Below are positions 9,157 through 17,113 of a stretch of 64,000 nt of DNA, piece by piece. The notes beneath the pieces are model-generated. The model saw only the letters and a list, made by a program, of their open reading frames with translations, was not told the origin of the DNA and ran no database searches. The position numbers and the translations under genes are program-made. This stretch comes from Minisyncoccota bacterium (lineage in GTDB: Bacteria; Patescibacteriota; Minisyncoccia; Phycocordibacterales; GWA1-40-21): positions 148,403 to 212,402 of the forward strand of contig JBAZRH010000001.1 of the NCBI GenBank assembly GCA_041663045.1. Reading direction: 5' to 3'. Numbering within the stretch: position 1 is the stretch's first letter; the number at the start of each line of letters is the position of its first letter.

Positions 9157-10014
9157 TTATTTTTTTGTCTGGATTCTACAGTGTTTACAAAGCTCCTCTA
9201 TTTCCAGATTAATATCTCTGATTTTTTTATCGTCAAAATTCAGATCTTTCAAAAGTTGTTCGTCGAGAAGAGACTTTGAAAGGATGATTCCTCGTGCTAA
9301 AAACATGTTTTTTTCAGCGGTATTGATCGTTGTAAGCGCGGTAAGCGGAATAAGTTCATGTCTTTCTATCATGTTATGTAGGTTATTATTATAAGGATAA
9401 TTCCAACCAACAAGCTTAAGCTGGGGTTGGCACTGGTCATATTGAATTGCCATGGAGCTGAATTTGGTATTTGTAACAATCCAGCCCTCTGTAAGCTCAC
9501 GTTCTTTTCCGCCGAACACATATTTCTGGCCGAAAATATCATCATATCTTGCTTTCACATAGAGAGCTATTTTTAAGTCTGATTTGAGACTAAAATCTGT
9601 GTGGAATTTGGCTTCAGTCATAATAAGCTCACCCTCCTTCCATGCCACAATATCTATCTCATGTTCAACACACTTTCCCTTAACAATCCTATTTGTTTCT
9701 GTCTCATATCCCTCGGCTTTGAATATCTCGGCAATGAATTTTTCAAACGGAAAACCTGTTGGGCCGAGTTGTGCCACGGCTTTTTTGAGAGAATATCGGA
9801 GTGCTGTCGGTCTATGTGTTTTTTTTAAAAAAGAATAGGCCTTTTTATAAATCTCGGCGGTCGTCATGCCGTCTTTTATTTCTGTGCCGATATCGGATAT
9901 TATTTTTCTTACAATTCCATCATCTGCTCCAGATTTTCTAAGAGAAGTTTCGAGTTTTTTATAATCAAAAAGCTCTTTTTCGCCATTTGATTTTACGATG
10001 TATATTTCGGGCAT
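9157..10014 (-). CDS. ATP-cone domain fused to Mrr-like restriction-endonuclease catalytic domain
   Basis: 285 aa. N-terminus IYIVKSNGEKELFDYKKLETSLRKSG...TTAEIYKKAYSFL fits the ATP-cone (NrdR/RNR regulatory) pattern. FEKFIAEIFKAEGYETETNRIVKGKCVEHEIDIVAWKEGELIMTEAKFH fits the Mrr_cat D-(E)-x-K core. Confidence 0.5.
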   Translation of the reverse strand: MPEIYIVKSNGEKELFDYKKLETSLRKSGADDGIVRKIISDIGTEIKDGMTTAEIYKKAYSFLKKTHRPTALRYSLKKAVAQLGPTGFPFEKFIAEIFKAEGYETETNRIVKGKCVEHEIDIVAWKEGELIMTEAKFHTDFSLKSDLKIALYVKARYDDIFGQKYVFGGKERELTEGWIVTNTKFSSMAIQYDQCQPQLKLVGWNYPYNNNLHNMIERHELIPLTALTTINTAEKNMFLARGIILSKSLLDEQLLKDLNFDDKKIRDINLEIEELCKHCRIQTKK

Positions 10015-10047
10015 GACCTTATGATAACATAAAATAGCTTTAAGATA

Positions 10048-11256
10048 CTAGCGGATTATCCCTCCTCCGAGACACACTTCCCCATCATAAATCACGGCAG
10101 ATTGCCCCGGCGTAATAGCTTTTTGGGGATTGGTAAAATACAATTCAAAACCTTCACCACTCTTGACTATCCTGCATTCCTCCAACGGCTGCCTGTATCT
10201 TATTCTTGCTGAATATATTTTTGATAAGTCTGGTGCCTTTTCGTAAATCCAATTTACATTTTTTATATGAACAATTTTTGACTCTTTTTCTTTTATCTTA
10301 TTCTTATCTTGGGAAACTAGTATCGTATTTTTTTCAATATTTTTATCTACTATATAATATGGCGAATCATTTGGAGTTTTCTCTGTAATTTTGAAACCAT
10401 GTCTTTGGCCGATAGTTAGGAAAAAGGCTCCATCATGTTCTCCGATTATCTTCCCCGATTCATTTAAGACTTCCCCACTCTTTTCTTTTATATAATTTTT
10501 CAAAAATTCTTTTATATCTATTTCGCCCAAGAAACACACACCCTGACTATCTTTTTTGTCTGAAGTTGAAAGCCCTAGCCTTTTCGCAATTTCTCTTACT
10601 TCCGGCTTTTCAATATCTCCAACAGGAAAAAGTGTCTTGGAAAGCTGTTTTTGCGTAAGTGTCCAAAGAAAATACGACTGATCTTTATTCTTATCATTCC
10701 CTGCGAGTAGTAATGTCCTATCAAAGGATTCATCTTTGGAGACTTCGCAGGCCGAGTGGGCAGGGTGTCTGCTTTCTGAAGCAGACGAGCGAGGCCGAGA
10801 CTTGAGGGTGGCTTCCCGCTGGGGAGCCAACCCGTGCTCCAAGGATGAGTCCTTTGGTAGGACATATTTAGTTTTTGCATAATGCCCTGTCGCCACAAAA
10901 TCCGTCCCTTGCTCCATAGCCCAATCAAAGAAAGCACCAAATTTTACATATTTATTGCACATTACATCCGGGTTTGGCGTCCTACCGGTTTTGTATTCAG
11001 CTATCATATAGTCGGCCACATCTCTTTTATATTCTTTTTCAAGATCAAGCGTGACAAAAGGAATATCAAGTTTTGCACAAACTCTCATGGCATCAAGTCT
11101 ATCTTCTCGCCAAGTACATTCTACAAAATCCGGATGCCATGTCTTTATAAAGACTCCCGTGACATCATATCCTGCTTTTTTGAGTAGCCCGGCAGAGACA
11201 GAAGAATCTACACCTCCAGATATTCCCACATATACTTTTTTAATATCTCTTTTCAC
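10048..11256 (-). CDS. mnmA: tRNA-specific 2-thiouridylase MnmA (with ~40-aa GC-rich insertion)
   Basis: 402 aa; PP-loop SGGVDSS, ...TGHYA...DQSYFLW...GVCFLGE motifs of MnmA; extra segment between GHYA and DKNKDQSYFL. Confidence 0.85.
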   Translation of the reverse strand: MKRDIKKVYVGISGGVDSSVSAGLLKKAGYDVTGVFIKTWHPDFVECTWREDRLDAMRVCAKLDIPFVTLDLEKEYKRDVADYMIAEYKTGRTPNPDVMCNKYVKFGAFFDWAMEQGTDFVATGHYAKTKYVLPKDSSLEHGLAPQREATLKSRPRSSASESRHPAHSACEVSKDESFDRTLLLAGNDKNKDQSYFLWTLTQKQLSKTLFPVGDIEKPEVREIAKRLGLSTSDKKDSQGVCFLGEIDIKEFLKNYIKEKSGEVLNESGKIIGEHDGAFFLTIGQRHGFKITEKTPNDSPYYIVDKNIEKNTILVSQDKNKIKEKESKIVHIKNVNWIYEKAPDLSKIYSARIRYRQPLEECRIVKSGEGFELYFTNPQKAITPGQSAVIYDGEVCLGGGIIR

Positions 11257-12002
11257 TATGTAAGTTTTATCACAACAGCTGTTCTTTCCGTTCCGTAATC
11301 ATTCTGATTTTGTTTGCTTAATATATCATCTATTCTCTCAAATTCACTTTGCATTTCGCCCATATTACTCTTTTTAAAGATATTTATGAAAGCTTCATTA
11401 TTAAAATGCTTTTCATAACCATCAGTAAACAGTATCAATAAGTCATCCTTTTTATATTCCATTTCGTATACTTGAACAAATTCAGTTAAATCATCGAGCA
11501 AACCCATGTAATTATATTTTTTATTCGGTTCATTTATTTGTCGCCAACTATGAAATTCTGGTGTCTTAAAAACGATTTCTTTATTTCTAATTAAGGCGAA
11601 TCCCGAGTCTATGAAGCGCCCACCGATTATCGTATTTCTTTTTTTAACAACCACAGCAGCAGTAGTACCGAATTCATGTTTGACAGAGTTCCCTCTATAA
11701 TATTTCTTGATATTGTCTAGGGCAAAATTAAAAGTCGAAATTATATCTGTACTAGAAATATTTGGGTAGGCTTTTTCGAGATATTTAATTGATTTATCAC
11801 AAAATATATTAGCTACAATTCTAGGTGGTGTCGGAGCTGTTTTGTCTTCGTAATCTGGTTTACCATCTTTGGTCATGGTTATTCCATCTGCGATAGAATA
11901 GATAGGAAATTTATTACTCAATAAATAAGCATCCTCTGCTCTCCAACATAGTTCGTCAGATATATGAGTGACACAAAAATAATTATTATTCTGGCTTGTC
12001 AT
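11256..12002 (-). CDS. PP2C-family (PPM) Ser/Thr protein phosphatase
   Basis: 248 aa; GTTAAVVVKK, IDSGFALIRN, ILFTDGY metal-binding Asp motifs typical of SpoIIE/PP2C-like phosphatases; 4-nt overlap with ychF and 1-nt with mnmA. Confidence 0.6.
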   Translation of the reverse strand: MTSQNNNYFCVTHISDELCWRAEDAYLLSNKFPIYSIADGITMTKDGKPDYEDKTAPTPPRIVANIFCDKSIKYLEKAYPNISSTDIISTFNFALDNIKKYYRGNSVKHEFGTTAAVVVKKRNTIIGGRFIDSGFALIRNKEIVFKTPEFHSWRQINEPNKKYNYMGLLDDLTEFVQVYEMEYKKDDLLILFTDGYEKHFNNEAFINIFKKSNMGEMQSEFERIDDILSKQNQNDYGTERTAVVIKLT

Positions 12003-13165
12003 ATCTTAAACTCTATGACATCCCCATCTTTTACAATATATTCCTTCCCTTCCGTGCGGATAAGACCTTTTTCACGAGCACTTCCGTGTGAGCCAGCATT
12101 TAGTAAATCTTGCCAGAAAATCACTTCTGCACGGACAAATTTATCTTTGAAATCTTGGTGAATCGCTGTACCGGCAAGGGGTGCCGTCCAGCCCTTTTTG
12201 ATAGTCCAAGCGCGAGTTTCGTCTTCTCCTGTTGTAAAATATGTCAGCAAACCGAGCAAATCATAGCCAGCTTTTATAAGACTATCTATACCATCGTCTT
12301 TTACACCAAGTCCTTCTCTCAATTCTTTTTTATCAGCACCTTCTAGATCTTTGAGTTCTTGTTCAATACCTGCATCTACTATTACATATTTTGAATTTGT
12401 CTCTCTAAAAAACCTCATTAATGCCGTCCAGCGAGGGTCTTCAATCTCACTTGCCCCGAGATCAATTCCTATTGATTTTTCGGGGTCGAGATTTTTCCCC
12501 CCAGCTTTTTTATTCAAAATATACAAAATCGGCTTCATTGTGAGAAGACAAAGTTTTTTGACTTCTACAATTTCCTTTTCACTTGCCCCGTCAAATTGAT
12601 TTTTTATTTGACTGGGGTCAAAGGCTGTACTTGCCAACCTTCCTGCTTCCAAAACAACTTTCAATTTCTCCAATGCACCATTTTCTATTACCGCTTCTTT
12701 ATTTCCCCTTTTTATATCACTTCCGATACTACCGAGCCTTTTCGTGACTGTTTGAAGGTCTGCGAGAATAAGCTCAAGATTTATCGTCTCAATATCCGAA
12801 AGTGGTTCTATTTTATTTGCAACATGGATAATATTGTCATCTTCGAAAATACGCACGACTTCAGCGATAGCATCCGTCTCGCGAATGTTTGTAAGAAATT
12901 TATTGCCAAGCCCTTCACCCGCCGAAGCGCCTTTTACAAGCCCTGCAATATCTACAAACTCAACTGCAGCAGGAATTGTCTTTGCTGATTTTGAGAAAGT
13001 AGAGAGCTTGCCGAGCCTTTCATCCGGCACAGCAACAACACCGACAGATGGATCTATCGTACAAAAAGGATAATTTTCACACGCCACCGCCTTTTTTGTC
13101 AGCGCATTGAAAAGTGTACTTTTCCCGACATTTGGCAAACCTACTATTCCTATTGATAATGACAT
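11999..13165 (-). CDS. ychF: ribosome-binding ATPase YchF (Obg-family GTPase fold + TGS domain)
   Basis: 388 aa; G1 GLPNVGKST, ENYPFCTIDP, C-terminal TGS-like domain. Confidence 0.85.
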   Translation of the reverse strand: MSLSIGIVGLPNVGKSTLFNALTKKAVACENYPFCTIDPSVGVVAVPDERLGKLSTFSKSAKTIPAAVEFVDIAGLVKGASAGEGLGNKFLTNIRETDAIAEVVRIFEDDNIIHVANKIEPLSDIETINLELILADLQTVTKRLGSIGSDIKRGNKEAVIENGALEKLKVVLEAGRLASTAFDPSQIKNQFDGASEKEIVEVKKLCLLTMKPILYILNKKAGGKNLDPEKSIGIDLGASEIEDPRWTALMRFFRETNSKYVIVDAGIEQELKDLEGADKKELREGLGVKDDGIDSLIKAGYDLLGLLTYFTTGEDETRAWTIKKGWTAPLAGTAIHQDFKDKFVRAEVIFWQDLLNAGSHGSAREKGLIRTEGKEYIVKDGDVIEFKI

Positions 13166-13171
13166 ATTTAT

Positions 13172-14194
13172 TTATTTATTAATTATTCTTACGATTCCTT
13201 TATCCGCATCGACTTCTATTAAATCACCGTCTTTAAAAACTTGTGTGGCGATTTTGGTACCTATTATACAAGGTTTCTTTAATTCGCGAGCCACTATTGC
13301 CGCATGGCAAGTAATGCCACCCTCATCTGTGACAAAGCCGGCAGCCTTGAGCATGGCCGGAAGAAAATCTGGAGTAGTCATTGGTGATACAATAATTTCA
13401 TCTTTTTGAATATCTTTTACTTGGTCTCTACGTCGAAGGATTCTGACCTTACCCTGCACTATACCCTTAAAAGCGACTTGACCTTTTACATGCTTAATAT
13501 TTTCTGTTATACGTTCAATATTTAATTTACATTGTTTATACTTTTTTGAAAATTCTTCTTGGCTACCGACGAAAAGAATGTCCCCATCAATTAGTGAAGA
13601 GTTATTCATACGTTTAATAAGCTCGTCTTCAGATGGTAAAGATTCAATCTCTTCAGATAGAATAACGTTTGTATATTTAGCTATTTTGGGGAATAGTTCA
13701 CGAATCGTATTACCTATATAGATATCGTTAGACGCAAAGAAAGTGTCATCTTTCCTTATGTCTAGGATCTCATCTGTAATACGTTTTGGCGTTTTCTCAT
13801 TTGTCACGGTGTAGTACCACAAATTAAAATTGAACATTAATTCTTGTAAGAGAATCAGATATTCCCTAAACTCCTTTATGTCTTTTGCCGATTTATTTTG
13901 CCAATATTCTTTTATAATCGATAATTGGGCTCGATATTCATTAAGAGACGTCTTTAGAAGATCAGGATTACCTAGATTCTGCTCAAGTAGTTTATCCTTA
14001 AGCCACTGTGTCGCAAACTGATTATCCCAAACCTCTACTACACCATCAATCATGTGGTGAATAATTATTGGTAAGAATGGATTCTGCCAGCCAAGTTTTT
14101 CTTTGATTCCTCTCGAGAGTTGTTGTGCCCAAATCTGTTGAATAAGGATCGTTGTATCTCTAGTGTAGCTTTTTTCAAATATATATTTATTCAT
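13172..14194 (-). CDS. PEP-utilising-enzyme swivel (phosphohistidine) domain protein, paralog A
   Basis: 340 aa; C-terminal ...VKGQVAFKGIVQGKVRIL...[76 protein letters not shown]; divergent helical N-terminal ~240 aa. Confidence 0.85.
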   Translation of the reverse strand: MNKYIFEKSYTRDTTILIQQIWAQQLSRGIKEKLGWQNPFLPIIIHHMIDGVVEVWDNQFATQWLKDKLLEQNLGNPDLLKTSLNEYRAQLSIIKEYWQNKSAKDIKEFREYLILLQELMFNFNLWYYTVTNEKTPKRITDEILDIRKDDTFFASNDIYIGNTIRELFPKIAKYTNVILSEEIESLPSEDELIKRMNNSSLIDGDILFVGSQEEFSKKYKQCKLNIERITENIKHVKGQVAFKGIVQGKVRILRRRDQVKDIQKDEIIVSPMTTPDFLPAMLKAAGFVTDEGGITCHAAIVARELKKPCIIGTKIATQVFKDGDLIEVDADKGIVRIINK

Positions 14195-14197
14195 ATA

Positions 14198-15532
14198 CTA
14201 TTTTATAATCTTAACCACCCCCTTATCCGCATCGACTTCTATTAAATCACCGTCCTCAAATATACTTGTAGCATGTTTTGTACCGACAATACAAGGTCTT
14301 TTCAACTCTCTAGATATAATAGCCGCGTGAGATGTTAGACCTCCTTCGTCTGTCACTATTGCAGAAGCGAGGCTCATTATTGGTAAAAATTCTGGGCGAG
14401 TACTTGTTGTTATAAGAATTTCCCCCTTTTGAAATTTTCCGAATTGGTGTTCTTTCAATACAATTTTTGCGATGCCTTGCACGACACCCTTACAGGCGAC
14501 TGTGCCTTTCGCGATTTTATTTTTGTCTTTTGACGTCATCCCTTCTATCACTTCCAGGGCGTTATCTTCTGTAAGTAATTTGGGAGGATTGTACTGTGGC
14601 GATATTAGAAAGACACTTTGTCTCTTACGTTTCAAGATAAAATCATTATCTTTTTTAAGTAATTCAATTTCCTCTGGTCTTGCCCAAATAAGATCATTGT
14701 AAGAGACCCCCTCTGTTTTTGATGCTTCGTGTATTATCGTGCTATAACAAACACTCATCATTTGCATATATACTTTCCTCTCTTCTCTCCACAGAGTGAA
14801 AATCTGAAGAAGATGAATAAGATTTTGCGTTTTTTCACTGAGTTTTGGGAGAAGCATTTGTTGTTCAGCTTCTCTCTTCAAATAATCTGTTGGAACCGGT
14901 TTAGGTAAGAAGTCTGCCCCTAGCATCTTTTCTGTAAGAACTTCTCCGCCAATCCAACTTCCTTTATAGTACCAATATTTTTTGATATATTCTTGTTTCG
15001 TCATCTTCCCTTGAAGAACTAATTCAAAATCAATCGCCGCTTTCTGTGTCCTAGTCGGCTCTATCGTCGCAATCAACCCATGAATATGCTCTTTATCTAT
15101 CCCAACTTTTTCTAACTCTTCGGAGATTTGCTTATCGATTTCTTCAGCGAAAGGATCTAGAGATTCAACAAAGTAAGACTCCATCCAAAACTCTGCAGCA
15201 AGGGTATCTACTTCTTTCCACATCTCTTTCCAGTCTTTTATTGGCTTATTTGTAATATTAAATAAATAATTCTCTTTTTTCTGCCATTTCTCTTTCCAAG
15301 ATATGAATCTTTTTGTTACAAATTCTTTTGAAACGCTTACCCAATATTTCATAAGTCCTTCGCTTGCACGCTTTTCAATAAACCATCTAGAAACCCCATT
15401 ATTGTTTATGACGACGAGTAATGCTTTTGTAACGAGGATTACTCCTATGGAGCAGGAATAATAAAACAATGGTGCTGATTCAGCCGATCCTGTTAGGAAA
15501 AAGTCTTCTTTTTTAAATTTCCATCTATCCAT
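14198..15532 (-). CDS. PEP-utilising-enzyme swivel domain protein, paralog B
   Basis: 444 aa; C-terminal TDEGGLTSHAAIISRELKRPCIVGTKHAT...DADKGVVKIIK; N-domain contains IFTLWREERKVYMQMM motif shared with other paralogs. Confidence 0.85.
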   Translation of the reverse strand: MDRWKFKKEDFFLTGSAESAPLFYYSCSIGVILVTKALLVVINNNGVSRWFIEKRASEGLMKYWVSVSKEFVTKRFISWKEKWQKKENYLFNITNKPIKDWKEMWKEVDTLAAEFWMESYFVESLDPFAEEIDKQISEELEKVGIDKEHIHGLIATIEPTRTQKAAIDFELVLQGKMTKQEYIKKYWYYKGSWIGGEVLTEKMLGADFLPKPVPTDYLKREAEQQMLLPKLSEKTQNLIHLLQIFTLWREERKVYMQMMSVCYSTIIHEASKTEGVSYNDLIWARPEEIELLKKDNDFILKRKRQSVFLISPQYNPPKLLTEDNALEVIEGMTSKDKNKIAKGTVACKGVVQGIAKIVLKEHQFGKFQKGEILITTSTRPEFLPIMSLASAIVTDEGGLTSHAAIISRELKRPCIVGTKHATSIFEDGDLIEVDADKGVVKIIK

Positions 15533-15547
15533 ATTTATTTCGTTATA

Positions 15548-17113
15548 TTAATCTTTTATTATCCTTACGATTCCCTTATCTGCATCCACTTCCACCAAAT
15601 CCCCGTCTTTTAGCACCTTTGTGGCAATCTTTGTGCCTATTATACAAGGAATACCTAGCTCTCTTGAAACAATCGCGGCGTGGCAACTAATACCTCCCTC
15701 ATCCGTGATTATAGCGCCAGCAATTTTCATTGCAGGAACATAGTTTGGCATAGTCATACTCGTCACAAGTATTTCCCCAGCTTCTAATTTACCTATCTCA
15801 TTTGCAGAATGTAATACTTTCACAATACCTTTAACAAGTCCTTTGCATGCAATATTTCCCTTAAATGTATCGACTCTTTCTGTCTTTTTTTCAATTATCT
15901 CTTTTATTTTTTCACCGATTGCTATATCTAATTCGTATATTGTGTCTTTAGTATATATGACAGCATACCCGCCACTTCTTTCAAGGATCTTGTTTAGATT
16001 GATCTTTTCTCCAAGCAAGAAATCTGTGATTTCCCAGAAATTGAATAGGCAGATTTTCTTATGATTATCTAGTCCAGCCCTTTTTCCTATTTCATAAAAT
16101 AGATTTTGAACTTTATAGCACACCTCTTCTAGTTTCTCTACTCTTAGTAAACGAATGTGCGCCAAATCAGATGCCTGATGTGCATAAGTAATAACAACTT
16201 TATTTAATCCAGCCTCTTTTATTATTTGTTTTTTTGCTTTAATAAGTCTTTTCTTTGCTTCTTCAATCTCATTTAGTTTTTTCTGTGGATTTTCTCCGAG
16301 TACCTTTTTTAGGTTATTAATAAAATCAGCAAAGCTCTCATAATTAAATCTAAGTTCGGCGTCTGGAATCCAGGCATATTTTTCATAAACATTTTTGATT
16401 ATCTTTATCTGATTGTCTTTAACACCGCTTAAATTTTCATTTAGTGATTGTACATCTACAAAAGTCGATATTTTTATTGCAAGTTTTATCAAAGATTCCT
16501 CTTTTTCTTGAATAGTTGAAATAGTTTCTGAAGAAGTTAAAAGACGTAAGCTTTCCTGTAGCTCTTCATAATTATTGATTGGATTATATACTTTTGATAG
16601 TTCCTCAGTAATTATTCTTATTAGTCCATCTTCTGCTAAAAGCGGTGGCCATAGGTAGACCAATACATTAAATGAGAAATTAAGATATTTTTCATAATAT
16701 TTAAGTAATTTCTTGTCACACATAACAGAAAAATCTATTTTACTTGTTTTATCTGCCCATGTATCAAATAATTTACATTCTTTATATAACCCTGAAAATA
16801 GTTTATCTAAATACCGATAATCTTCTCTGCACTTCTTTTCAAATAGTACTTTGATTTTATCGGCGTTTTCTTCCTGGGAGTATACGTCGTAGTTTAGAGT
16901 CATTATCTTATCCATTTTATTTTTCAGACCAAAATCTTCCCTATCTGAAACACATCCAACACGGATGAGAGAGTCAAAAAGAGGAGAGTTTAACCTCTTT
17001 AAAACTTTGAACCACTTTTCAGAAGCCAGAGTACCAATTTCTTGTCCAGAGATCGTATTAGTTAAGGTTTTATAATCACCTTCTGATATTTTTATCTTTC
17101 TCGTATTTTTCAT
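15548..17113 (-). CDS. PEP-utilising-enzyme swivel domain protein, paralog C
   Basis: 521 aa; C-terminal [53 protein letters not shown]; 4-nt overlap with next gene. Confidence 0.85.
   Translation of the reverse strand: MKNTRKIKISEGDYKTLTNTISGQEIGTLASEKWFKVLKRLNSPLFDSLIRVGCVSDREDFGLKNKMDKIMTLNYDVYSQEENADKIKVLFEKKCREDYRYLDKLFSGLYKECKLFDTWADKTSKIDFSVMCDKKLLKYYEKYLNFSFNVLVYLWPPLLAEDGLIRIITEELSKVYNPINNYEELQESLRLLTSSETISTIQEKEESLIKLAIKISTFVDVQSLNENLSGVKDNQIKIIKNVYEKYAWIPDAELRFNYESFADFINNLKKVLGENPQKKLNEIEEAKKRLIKAKKQIIKEAGLNKVVITYAHQASDLAHIRLLRVEKLEEVCYKVQNLFYEIGKRAGLDNHKKICLFNFWEITDFLLGEKINLNKILERSGGYAVIYTKDTIYELDIAIGEKIKEIIEKKTERVDTFKGNIACKGLVKGIVKVLHSANEIGKLEAGEILVTSMTMPNYVPAMKIAGAIITDEGGISCHAAIVSRELGIPCIIGTKIATKVLKDGDLVEVDADKGIVRIIKD

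Noticed and set aside
10596-10940. 114-aa minus-strand ORF in an alternative frame inside mnmA
   Set aside because: Entirely contained in mnmA (well-supported frame). It arises from the GC-rich insert region that lacks stops. No independent signal.
446-12988. Numerous 60-230-aa plus-strand ORFs antisense to ribosomal, rpoA, alaS, mnmA and ychF genes (for example 446-682, 729-1154, 2390-2845, 7437-7953, 12596-12988)
   Set aside because: They overlap highly conserved genes on the other strand and give hydrophobic, low-complexity, Phe/Ser/Leu-rich translations typical of antisense reading of AT-rich coding DNA.
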